Shown one piece after another: positions 1-12,110 of a stretch of DNA of 64,000 bases (position 1 is its first letter; each line of letters begins with the position of its first letter). Below the pieces are notes generated by a model. The model worked only from the letters and a program-made list of their open reading frames with translations. It searched no databases and was not told the DNA's origin. A program made the translations under genes and the position numbers. The DNA comes from Tubiluchus corallicola. Its lineage: Eukaryota > Animalia > Priapulida. The stretch spans positions 186,001 to 250,000 of the forward strand of contig JAQGDQ010000281.1 of the NCBI GenBank assembly GCA_030141605.1, read 5' to 3'.

Positions 1-42
1 ATTTATTTTTACAAAGAAAAAAAGAAAAAGAAAAAAGAAGTC

Positions 43-425
43 CTATTCTATTCTATTCTATTCTATTCTATTCTATTCTATTCTATTCTATTCTATTCTA
101 TTCTATTCTATTCTATTCTATTCTATTCTGTTCTGTTCCACCCTATTCTATCCTATTTTGTTGTTGTTGTTGTTGTTTCTCTTTCTGTTCTTGCTGCTGC
201 CGTTGTGTGTCGTTGTTGTTGTTTCTATTTTTGCTACTGTTGTTGTTGTGTGTGTTGTTGCATTCATCGATATTGTTGTTACCGTTAATATTATTACAAT
301 GTAGCTGTTATTCTTGCTGTTTTCACTGTTGCAGTTATCACTATTATTTTTGACGTTGTCGCTTTCATTGATACAGACATTGTTGTTTTGCTTTTGATGA
401 AGATGTTCTTGTTGTTGTTATTGCA
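43..425. repeat. (CTATT)n microsatellite followed by degenerate (TTG)n
   Basis: Directly visible. Confidence 0.95.
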
Positions 426-2794
426 ACTCAGTTTCTTTTAACTACACTGTGAGGAGTCATCAAGCTATAACGCTGTTGACTGCACGGTTTAAGCACAACA
501 TCTGAATAATAGTTTTTACTGAGAAAGTTGATCGTGGAAGAAATGGCATACAGTAAACTTGTGTCAATATTTGAACGTCATAATTCAGGAAATTGGAATA
601 CTTATAAATTTATTTAAACGTTTACCGGGTTTGTAAATGATCAATGGAAAGTTTAAGAATGCATTAGAAAAGTGGTGGGTTTTGATGAGATGTGGGAAGT
701 TGGCGGAGAACTGATCGAAGGGGGAGGCATTGATGATGCATCGACCCGGTTTGCGTTTGAAAGTTTCTTATTTCAGTGTATAGATCAGTTTCGCTTATAG
801 TATTTATAATTATTTGCTTTCGGGGTGGATACTTTAACTGAAAATCGACGGAGAGAGATGCTGGAGGAATAAGAATCACAATTTTCAAATTTTGAGCAAT
901 CAGATGGTATAGTATTGAGAGATTAGTATAGCTTGCGCCTACACAACTATTTATCTACACAAGATATTTGTCAGATGTTTGTGACTTGTAGGGCGACAAA
1001 TGAAAATGGCTATGAAAATAATGCACTTAAAGCCAATTTCTACGATTTTGTTGCTATTTTTTAAGAAAATCATGTCTAATTAATCATCGTCCATTTTAAA
1101 CAATTTTTCAAAGCTCAAACGTGATTTCTATAATCAAGGACTTCATTTTCAACTTACTTGCGCTGTGGCATTCACTGATTTCATAGTGTGGGAGTAGCCT
1201 TCGTCTAGCGCTCTGTGTGTTCCTTAGTCTGAATTCCAGAAAGATGAATTTTTTCAATAATGAGTCTTGATCCGGAACCGGTTGAAAATGGCGCCCCTAA
1301 AATGCCCTTAATGGGAAAAAATGGCACCCTATTTTTTGAACTGGGAGGTCATAATATTTAAGTTTCAACAAAAAATAATTTTACCATAAAAATTCCAAGT
1401 GATATAAGAAACCATATTAATTGTTTTTATCTCGGCGTAAGGTTCCAATGTGCTTAAAGTTATGATTTTAATTATGCTTCGTTCGGTCCTTGACGATAAG
1501 GTATTTCCTAAAAACATAAATATATAAATGTTTGGGCTTTATATCTCAATAAATTTAAGCAAAAAAAGAAAGTAATAAGATTGTAGAAAAAACGTAAAGT
1601 CTTACTATAAATTTTCTGCACTGTGGCGATTGCATAACAACTTCATGTTTGAAAAGAGAAGTTTGCTTTAACAGTAATGTAAGTTTTCACTTTCAGATAT
1701 GTTATTGGAAGTTACTATTTCTTACACAATACACCCAAAAATTTTTATTACTTTTTTATGCTGACACTCAAATGGTAAATTAATGATTTTTATTTTAATA
1801 ACAGTGACTTCTTTATATAAACCAAACAAATATAATTACGTTTTAGGCTTAATACATTTTTAAATCTCATTTACACACTTGATTGCTAATATACGGTTAT
1901 GTTATGTTGCAAAATAGGCTAGCAAAGCAAAACAAAAGAAAATCAGCGTTGCACAAAAACGCTGTATTTATTGTCGAGGGGCTAAGTTGCTAGCGTGCTG
2001 TGTTAATAATTCAAAAGTTGATGATTTCGCTATTTTTCTGAATTGCTTTGGATTATACCTGTGAACTGGGTGGCAAAAGTTAATTACATTGTCAAACATG
2101 CCCGATGTCATTATTCTGAAGTGTCTTTGAGGAAAAGAGAGCGGCGAGTGACGCGCAAATGAAATTAAAACTAGGTTTAACTTACGCGTTTTTCTTTTCT
2201 GAGCATCATACTGACTTAAAGAAGGCGGATCACCTGTTAAAAGCACGCTGTATAAAATTTGACGTAAAAGAAGTTTTTTAAATAACGATCGATAATTTAA
2301 AATATCGCTTCTTTCTGTGTAAAAACTGTTGCGTGCGCGTTATAGTTTCAGTAATGTCTTAGCAAGAAAATGTAATGATTAAAATACGTTTACCTGAAGG
2401 TCAGTTTGTGATTAAATTTTGCGTGTAATATTGACGTGTTCCTAGCTGTGTTATTATTGTTATCCATGTTATGCGTTTAACAGAGACATAATCTTTTAAA
2501 AGCGCAAGGCATACCGTATACTCACTCGTATTGACTTCCTGTTCCAAGAGTGCGTGTTTAAATTAATGAATCGGTTTGGAAGAGTAGAATAGAGTGACTG
2601 AAAACTGCTTCTTACCCCGTATTGAACCAAATTTAATCGCCAGTCAAATGCCATTGTGCTACCGGGTCACCAGTTGTGATTTGTTCGTGTGGAATTACAC
2701 GTACTTAGACAAAATTAAGTTAAAAAGTAGAATTAGATTCATTTTTGCAGAAATCGTGAAGGCCTTGAGTTGAACATATCATAGAAAAATAAAT

Positions 2795-3200
2795 CTCAGA
2801 GTATTGGGCAAGGGACTAACTGACCTCAAGATCGTGGATTAGCTATTACGTGAATGCCGCCATCTCGAATTTAAGATAACAAACCGAAATCGACTCCGTC
2901 AGTCGATGCAGAATTAATTCTAGTGTTTTCCTGTAAGGTTTCATGACGATCAGTTGCGAATTGGTAGAGCCTTGGGCTTTTCTCAAAATGATGTCATAAC
3001 TGTCATCTAAAATTGAAGATGGCGTATTAGAAATCTGACTCCGCCAGTCAATGCGGATTTTGTTCTAGTAGAACGTAAAGTTTTATGACGATCTGTTGCG
3101 AACTGGCAGAGCCTTGGCTTTTTTTGAAAATAATTTTATTGCTGTCATCTTGAATTCAAAATGGCGAACGGAACATCCAACTCCGTCAGTGGAATTTTTT
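2795..3200 (+). repeat. Satellite-bearing dispersed repeat (about 145-bp tandem unit, about 2.3 copies)
   Basis: Unit GACTCCGYCAGTC.ATGC..A...TTCTAGT....TYATGACGATC.GTTGCGAA.TGG.AGAGCCTTGG...CTGTCATCT..AATT.AA.ATGGCG starts at about 2892 and 3037, with a partial copy at 3180. Confidence 0.75.
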
Positions 3201-4964
3201 CTAACATATTCATGTGAATATATGTATATATATCCCCGAACAAGAACAACATGCAGAAGAGTAGCGATTTGCGTTCAGTTCTTCGATACGAATTTTTTCA
3301 AAAAAATATTTAGCGCCACGATTAGATTTTACTTACTTTCTGTGATTATTCAGTGAGACGAAATGTTTTACTATTCTAAAATCCAGCTTGCTTTTTATAT
3401 TTTGATTTAATAGGCTGTCAGCAGCCGTGTGCTGGAACAAATTGATTTAGTCTCAGTGTAATACCAAGTGGGATGTCGGCTCTATGCCCGCCAGAAGTCG
3501 GTCTTTCTCAATCAATTCAAAAACAGCAAGATATTGAAAGGCTTAATGAAATTACAGAAATGTCATGATGTTTGCAAATGGCGTCCAGGGTGTATCCAGA
3601 ATACGTCCAGAAGGAGAAAAGCTAATACCCCTTTTAGCAGTTTGGTTTCTAATGAGGTTTGTCTTGAGAATAGATGATATTCAGTGGGCTTAAACTTTGC
3701 AGCTCAAACGGATTTGATCGTTTCCTATGATTTTAGCATTCTTTTCGTTTCTGGTTTTCATTCTGGGTTTCGTTTCGTTTCGGTAGATTCGGCCGCTGAT
3801 TCGCCACCGAGAATCAATGAACGTTGTCTCTTGTGACTGGCACTTTACAATAAAAACATTAGCTGTCTTACTTCTGCTATGTCAAATTTTATGATTCGTT
3901 TGTTAAGTAGTACACTACGGTTTCCGGAACGGAGAAGCGACAACGAATCAGTTTTCGGTCTCATTTTAAAGCCATGTCCATTTTGTGCTGTTGTTTGAGA
4001 TTGCTTGTCAACAAATGTCATAAACTATTATAAGTACTATTCCTATTCCTATTTCTATATTACTATTCCACCTGTACACAATAAGTACAGGTGGAACTAA
4101 TGCTATAAACTATTATATGCATACACAATAAGTACAGGTGATAAAGTAATGGCTGAATGGAAAGGCGTTCTTAGCAACCAACATTAAACAATACTGTGCC
4201 TGATTAGTAAACGGATGGGTGCCCGCTAAGAAAATCTTTGGAGCGCGCTCGTCTGTCATCCTACTATGTTTCTTTTTAAGCGAAGGTGTAAGTCTGTTTA
4301 TATACTTGGCAAAGGCAACTGTGCTCAGTAAATCATCTTAGAAAATTAATGTACTTGTAGTCTTGCCAAAACTGTCAAAATAATAAGACACGTTGTCGTT
4401 ACCAGCTAGCTACCTGTTTGTCGTATACCGAACTGTAAAAAAAGAAAAATAACGAAGCAGATTGTGAAACACTTTAGCCGTTAGTTTTTATATTTATAAA
4501 TTGGATCCAGATTCTGCAAAGCAACGAAGTTTTTGATATATAACTATTGTTGAACATTTATTTTAATTTTGACCTATTCTTTTTGCGTGCAGCGTGTCTG
4601 ATTGTTTCATGTAATGTATTTTACGTTTTCGTAAAATGCGTTTATGTAATTTAGTCTAGATCGAAACTGCGGAAATCACGAATTACAAGTTTAAGCTCAA
4701 CTGTTTCAATTAATTTGAGCAATTTTACATTTGCTGAACAAGTTAATCGAATTAGCCATTTGTTTTGATGAAATCCGAAGCTGTTTCGCCATGCACTCTG
4801 TCACACATTAGTTGCGAGTAGTTTAATATATTCTCAAGCTGCGCAATGTACACGTTTTACAAAGTTTATAGTTGTTTTGGCAGATAAAAGACCAACTTGT
4901 GCCGCTCATTGACAAAAAAAAATCGTTACAGGCTAGTACAGCTTTAAAGATTTGCCGCTCTAAT

Positions 4965-5480
4965 TTAAAGGACAAGAAAAGGGGTAACGTCAAGTAGGTT
5001 TCACTTCAGAAAAATCGCCCGAAAGTTATATTACTTTATAGCAATTTTATGCGTATATCGTGCTCGCGTTAAAAAGATTTTTAGTTTATTTTCATTTTAA
5101 ATTTCCCGCGACATTATTCTGACTGCGCCATTACGTGACGTCGCTTATGCAAACGTAAATCAGAGCAAGACAGTACATGCTAAACTATGTCCCAATAAAC
5201 TTTCCATGCAAAATTATATTAATTAGCATTTCTGTTACCTGCTTGAAAGACTTATGTAACTAGAAAAAAATTATTACTTATTTAAAATGTTTTCACGAAT
5301 TGGTAAAATGTCGATGACTCACCCTCGAGGGTGCACCACTCACTATCCAAAAACGCATTTTAATTTTGCTGATAAGATGCAGAATTTTAAATTTTATTTA
5401 GTTAATGACGTGTGCGCTACGAATGCCCTGATTATTTTTTCAAACTTTACACAGTGTTACTTTAACTTGCTTCAAATGAC
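4965..5480 (+). repeat. Dispersed repeat copy A (putative non-autonomous DNA transposon; partner at about 60802-61120)
   Basis: Shares ordered blocks TTAAAGG..AAGAAA, AAAGTTATATTACT, TGTAACTAGAAA, AATTGGTAAAA, TGACTCACC and GTGTGCGCTACGAATGC with copy B. Confidence 0.75.
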
Positions 5481-6168
5481 TTATCGTCAATATGGCTGCG
5501 TTTAACGGCAACGGTTTAAATTTACACGTTTTATACAGCGTTATTGCCGAGGTAAGTCTAATATGCAAAAAAGCAGAATGCAAGTGGTTTAAAATTTCAA
5601 GACGAATTTTTTAGGCTTCATGTAAGTGGAGGGTTTTCTTGCAAAAAAATGCATGTCAGCAGGCCAGCTGCTCAAACGAAGTTTAACGAACTAAAATGTG
5701 TTCGGGGAAGTTTTTCGGAAATATTAGCTGTTTCACGAAAGCCATTTTTGCTTATTTTGTTCGTTTTTGCCCAAATGTTTTTGTTTGTTTGTTATTTTTT
5801 ATTTGTGTAAAAAGCGCCCACATGATGTATCACTATTTCAAATGTTTTTTTCCACTCATTCAGTAGACGAGGCAACAAGAAGATTAAGAAAGGAGCATAC
5901 TGAAAGACAGCACCAGAACAACACGACCAATAAAATTAGTAGGTAAATCATGTATCACAAAAGATGAATGGACATTATTTTTATTAACACACATGACGTT
6001 TCGATCCACTGGATCATTCTCAAACATACCTTCAATTGGTATTGTGTGTACACCAGCGTTTATTCAAGATAATAAAACTATTCCTATTAGCTTAATAAAG
6101 AAAAAGTAATGGAACATTTTTACAATATTTTCTGCTCTATTTAATCTTGTCTGAGAAACAACTTCTTA

Positions 6169-6500
6169 CTCATTCGTTCATTCATTCGTTCGTTCGTTTG
6201 TTCGTTCGTTCATTAATTCATTCACTTCACTCATTCATTCATTCATTCATTCATTCTTTCATTCATTCATTCATTCATTCATTCATTCATTCATTCATTC
6301 ATTCATTCATTCATTCATTCATTCATTCATTCATTCATTCATTCATTCATTCATTCATTCATTCATTCATTCATTCATTCGTTCATTCATTTATTTATTT
6401 ATTCATTCATTCATTCATCCATTCTTCCTTCCTTTCCTACTTTCTTTCTTTCTTTCTTTGGTTCATTCGTCCATTCGTCCATTCATTCATTTATTCATTT
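6169..6500. repeat. (TTCA)n microsatellite
   Basis: Directly visible; explains ORF 6147..6506. Confidence 0.97.
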
Positions 6501-6933
6501 AGATAGTCAGCTAGCCAAGCAGTAGTCGGTCATTGAGTAAGTTCTCGTTGGTAAGGCTGTGAATCAAGCAGTTGGCCAGTTAATTATTTAGATAGTCAGT
6601 GACTAAGTGAGCAATTTAGTTTTATTTGTTTTGTGTGGTACAAAAGGCGAAAACTTGATAGATTAAAGCTGATAAAAACCAAAACTCTTATTGACGCCGT
6701 TTCTACTCAGCCCTTTAAGTTTCATTACTTTACTTTTTCTTCTCTGGTGTTGGAAGATTTTCACTCTCAGGATGCCGGTATACGATACAGCCGGCATCTT
6801 TGAGCTGCACATGTAATGTGAGCGAATGTAATCAAACTATCTGATTGCCGCGCTGATTTTGATCAATCTACATAGTTTACTTATAAATGTATTCTTTCGA
6901 AGACGCCTACCAGTCAATGGAACTGAGTAAGTC

Positions 6934-6935
<2 letters not shown>

Positions 6936-6968
<33 letters not shown>
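6936..6968. repeat. (TG)n microsatellite
   Basis: Directly visible. Confidence 0.95.
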
Positions 6969-6969
<1 letters not shown>

Positions 6970-9900
6970 AAATAAAGTAAAATGTCACAGAGCAGAGAAG
7001 ATTTTGAAAGTTAGGTAACACTATTCCTGTTGCGCGCTTTGGTGCGTGCAGTACGGCCGCTGTTATAGTACTGAGTAAAACATGTTACTTCAGCAGAAAG
7101 CAGGAGTGGCGGCTGCAGCTTGCTCAGCTACAGTCTGAGCACAGAATTTATTCTGTTCAGTCTGTGACGTAAACTGGCTATCAGAATTAAAAAATAGCTT
7201 CCAGTACATGGTGACACAGTTGTTGTAGAATTTTCATTGTCGTTCATTACGTTATCTGGATTCAGCTAAAAGAGCTTTGTCGTCAAGGTTTAGCGCATGT
7301 TTATCAACCTAAGTTAATCAATGCCAAGCGTGGGCTATAAATGGATAGGTGACAACTGGAAAACTGATTCTGAGCATTTTGTTTGCCTCATACATCCACG
7401 CCGAAGCATCCGATTCCTCTTGGAGAATTTTTCCTTTTAATGAGCCATGTTCGGCTGTGCCACAACTATTTTCATTATATAATATAGGCCCAGCGACTGA
7501 GGGTTGATTAAGAAGTAGACGTTTATTAAAAAACATTCTAGACTTTCTTTGAGTTCCATTCATGCAAATAAAGTTTTTCTGTGCCCTTCTTGACTTCGTT
7601 TTATTAATAATTTATGAAAGCAGCATTTATAAGCAAATGCTTTCTGAAACAAGCGCATCTTGAGCCTTTTCTAACCAAAGATGCCAATTACTATGAAGAC
7701 CCTGGACAAATGGAAAAAGCTATTTATATGGCGGTCTGAGATCACCTAGGCTAAACTAAATTTAAATTTTAAATTTTAGTTACCACATAATCTTTCTCTT
7801 GATTGTCAGGACAATGCAATTTAGAGGTTTAGCACTGGAAATGTAGTCTTTTAAATATTAAAACTGTAGCAGCAAGAAATCCCCTTATCTTCTATGGCTT
7901 AGAAGTTTGAACCTTATTTAGAAACTAGTTACTAGCTTGTAATAGCAGTTGCTTTTCGAGGCATGTATTTTTCAGTTATACAACTCAGTAGATATTTGAA
8001 AATTTCTGAGTTCGTTAACTGTCGTTTTGTTAAACATGACTGTAACAGCCAGAAAATAGTCAGTTTCGCTGGCAGTTTATGATGAGTCTGACGACCACTA
8101 TTAGTAAGGAAACATCAATTTTCCAAGAACACGCGCTGGTTGGTATAAAATTCAGCCTGATTCAAATGTCCAACTCTCATCAACTATATATCAGTTGTTA
8201 ATTATTTCGCAACATAAGGCAATAATAGATCATATCTTTATTTTTTTAGGCAGGCGTAAACATAATTTTATATTTGCACGTCAATGCATTAAGTACATGA
8301 TTGGTATACACTGTGATACTGAGCGTAAATTATGTAAAGTCAGTGTGAAATAAAATAAAAAACTCACTAGGCAAAATCTAACTGGAGCTTTTTCACATTC
8401 TTTAGTTTCACTGTAACCTTGACCTGTGACTTTTGATCTTTAATACTACATTAGTACTAGACAGAAGAAGCAGTCTGCTGCTAAAGCTTCGTGAACGACT
8501 TTGCTAGGTCTAGCCACAATAGCAACAGTATATGCTAGTTACTATCCTGGATGGTCGAATAAACATAACAAAAATAAAAACTGTCAACTTGACGTTTAAA
8601 CTTATTTTTTAAGAGGTATTAAGATTACTAAATGTGTTCCTAACAAGTGCACGGACAGCAATCAGAACCTCAGACGATCCTAATAATTTATTACTTCTTC
8701 GTCAACACGCGTTTTGAGAATACATTTCACTAGTTAGCGAAATTCATCAGTGTATAGTTCCCCACGTGTTCATTTCACTGGTGCAGTTTAGGCCAGTAGG
8801 CCTACGCATTTCACAAGCCGAAGTATCACCAATTGCACATTTTGGTTTGCCAGCTCAGACATCGCCAGATGTATATTTTGCCGGAGCATACTTCACCAGC
8901 ACAATAATTGCATCTAAATGTTGCCAAATGGCTTACTATTAATAAATAATGTAACTAATTTTGTGAAAAATTGGATACGTATATAACGTATCCCAACGAA
9001 ACCCAAGCGTCATGGTGACCATCGTCGCTGCCGCCGTAATTCAAAAGAGGTTCGGCACTAGAAAGATAAGTGTTTAGCTCAACTGCAGACGCAGGCTCTG
9101 CGCCGATTTAATTGTAATCAGTGAGACAATTTACGAAAACAATTGGCTTGATTTCCCAAGAGTATGAGCTTACTACATTCATGGAGGTCGGCTTATTTGC
9201 TGGTATATGTGGGCGAAAAGTTTTATTTGATAATGTTACTAACAAATGTAATTCTCCTTTCTCACTCTTCAACCAACCAATCGACCGGTCGGTGTGTCAG
9301 TGAGTCAGCCAACCAGCCAATAGCCAATTTACCTGCGTATGTACCCCTAGCTACCTAGCTGTTAGCCTACTCACAAAACTATCTAGTTACTTGTAAAGTA
9401 TATCAAATTTTTTAAAGGTAGATATTATTATTGCTGTGCTCGTTTGCAGCATAGATTAATTATATTTTATTTTGAAGGTTTTTACAAACCTGTTAACGAA
9501 TATACTTTTTTGCTCGGATATAGTTAAAACCTGAGCTTGACCATGTCAGTATTGGCAAATTTGCGAAACATTTAAACAATTCTATTCAAGCCTGTCGCGA
9601 GCAGGCTTAGGGATCTATAAAATTCAGTTATTCATCGTATTATTCGATCAGTTCATCCACTAAACATCACCGGAAGTGACTCTGCCATTGAATCAAATTT
9701 CTCTTTTACACCTCCATCAACAATTTCACTCTAAAAATCGTCAGATGATAAAATATGCATTTCACACGCATGTATTAAAGCCGACATTTTTCAACAACTA
9801 AAAAGCCCAGAATTTCATCTTCTTCTCACATATATTCAATCGAAAGTCATCAAATGTGAGATCAGCTTGCAGTTCTTCAACTCTCTCAATTTAAAAGCAT

Positions 9901-11884
9901 TAGTGGTCTATTTAATATAATTTCACGAATTCTATTTCATTTTAGGTTTTCTCCAGGAAGCGTTTCAATGGAGACTATTAGACTAAATCTTATTTTACGC
10001 TATTGTTCTATAATAAAATCAAAGTCTGTTGGAAATTTCAGTGTTATCGACATATCTAGTACTACTGTTGTTGACGTTGGCGTTACTGTTGTTACTGTTG
10101 CTGTTGCTGAAGAAATTACTAGCAGAGCTGTTATTGATTTAACACATTTTTAGGCACTGAATTATAAGATTAACTATGTCATAACTACCAGATTACTATG
10201 TAAAAACCTGAAATATTTAAAATAATCTTTCCGAGAAACTATGTGATGCAAAATGAGATTATAAAAAATTCGAATTTAGAATTTGTCTTGTATATGCCAT
10301 ATGTCTGAGTGTCAGTCTAAGTGACCATATATGAAAATCAACTAGCTGCTACGTGATAAACAACTAACACATTTTTTAATATAGAAAATATAAAAAGTAC
10401 CTAATAGTACCTTTAGAAAACTTTCATGATGGTAGTATCAGGGCAATGCGTCATCATATGGAGTCTAATAGTCTCGCTTATATATGTTTAAAAAGCTTCT
10501 AACGCAACTGTTACATTACAGCGAACACATTGCAGAGTTACATAATGATAATACAAATGTATATTATAATCAGTTCATTGTTTATCTGCACAATACCCGA
10601 GCTAGTTATTCACTATACTGATACAAGGATTATTAAATGCTATTGATTATGAATATTGCAGGTCAACTGCATTTTGTTGGGCAACAATTAGTTTTGATTA
10701 ATTGTTATTAGAATCTCCTAATATTACAGTGCTTAAGTTCATTCATAAAAATTTCATTTTATACTGGCTTGGGAGAGATCTAGAGAATATTAGCGTCTAA
10801 ATTAAAAAGTATGTTGTCCATAATTTCAGTAGTTGCTAATATGCTGTATAGTAATTTTAAATGGAAGCCGAATTATAATGTGCTTGGAATTTTTCAATTG
10901 CTAAAGCAAATTAATAACCTAGTACAAAACTCAAGTCGAAATATTTTTATAACAGGACAGAAAAGTGAGGTTGGCTTATTATTCTCTGTGTCAACTGAAG
11001 CATACTAAAACATATTATAGATTATCTTCACAATCTTCATAATCAGGAAAAGCGTAGTACAGCTGATTTATTTATGAGAATGACTGGGATGTGAGCTACG
11101 GTAGGTGAAGCCATTAAAATAATGCATAAGAACACCTTCAGATCGTACAAATGCGTAAATTTGGAGAGTAATGTTTTCACTTCTGCTTTTAAGTCTCTTT
11201 CAACTACGGGACTAAATATTAAACTTCGATGGTGGTAGAAAACCCATCAGTAAATTTTGTTTCGAATTTAAAAGACAGGAAATGTTAAAAAGTCAGACTA
11301 CAGTCAGATTTGAACCGGGGACGTTCTGCTTACAAAGTACACAGGCAGTTCGGTATCAAATTTTAACTAGTTGTGTGTTTGTAGCATCATTAATAATAAT
11401 CTTGATATTTAGATTTTAACAATTAATTAAACGGGGATGTTAGATTGCTGGACGACTAAATGCGATTAGCTAGCATGAAATGTAGCTCAACAATATTAAA
11501 AAGCACAGTAAGGTAACATATCTTTTTTCTGACTCAGATAGACCTACTTTCAAGATTTATATTTGTAAGATTAAAAACCAAATAAATGAAATAACTAAAA
11601 TAAGTAAAAAACTTGCATAATTAAGTATGGAAGCAAGCCCTTACGCAGTTACATTATGGGAAGCCTGGCTTGAGTGACACAGGTTGGACTTTGCTACGTC
11701 ACTGGCTACATAATTGTTTTTTAAATAACATGCATGTTTTATTAACTGTTACTTGTTTTAGGTGCACCAACACATGATATGGAATCAACGAGTCGAAAAG
11801 CTGAATACATTAGAGAGTTGGCTTGCTTAATGTCAGGACAATTAATCTCTGAATGTATTTACGGTAAGTAAACTTTAAAGATGG

Positions 11885-12110
11885 AGGAAAACTGATAATT
11901 ACGAAAATCCATAAAATTACTCTCTGGTCTTAAAGTTTATTTCAGACTAGAAGCTTTGGGTCTGTTGATCATCAAAGCTAAATTAATGCAGTGACGTAAT
12001 AAAATTTTACACTACGCTTTACAACTTTTAGGTGATGAAGGTCGAGATATAGAATAAATTTAGAGACCACAGAGCGATTTTGTGGATTTTTATGAAATCA
12101 CAAGTTTCAA
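11885..12110. repeat. Imperfect inverted repeat, MITE-like
   Basis: AAAATCCATAAAATTACTCTCTGGTCTTAAAGTTTATT versus the reverse complement of AATAAATTTAGAGACCACAGAGCGATTTTGTGGATTTT. Confidence 0.6.

Noticed and set aside
6147-6506. 119-aa ORF of HSFI repeats
   Set aside because: Translation of the (TTCA)n microsatellite.
9655-9900. Purine-rich, coding-looking minus-strand fragments (IERVEELQADLTFDDF; SEIVDGGVKEKFDSM)
   Set aside because: Broken by stops and frameshifts with no recognisable motif; possibly a decayed transposon but unsupported.
9946-10153. FSPGSV after a TTTTAG acceptor (SEA-domain-like motif)
   Set aside because: Runs into a degenerate (GTT/ACT) repeat and a stop with no convincing donor; no other SEA features.
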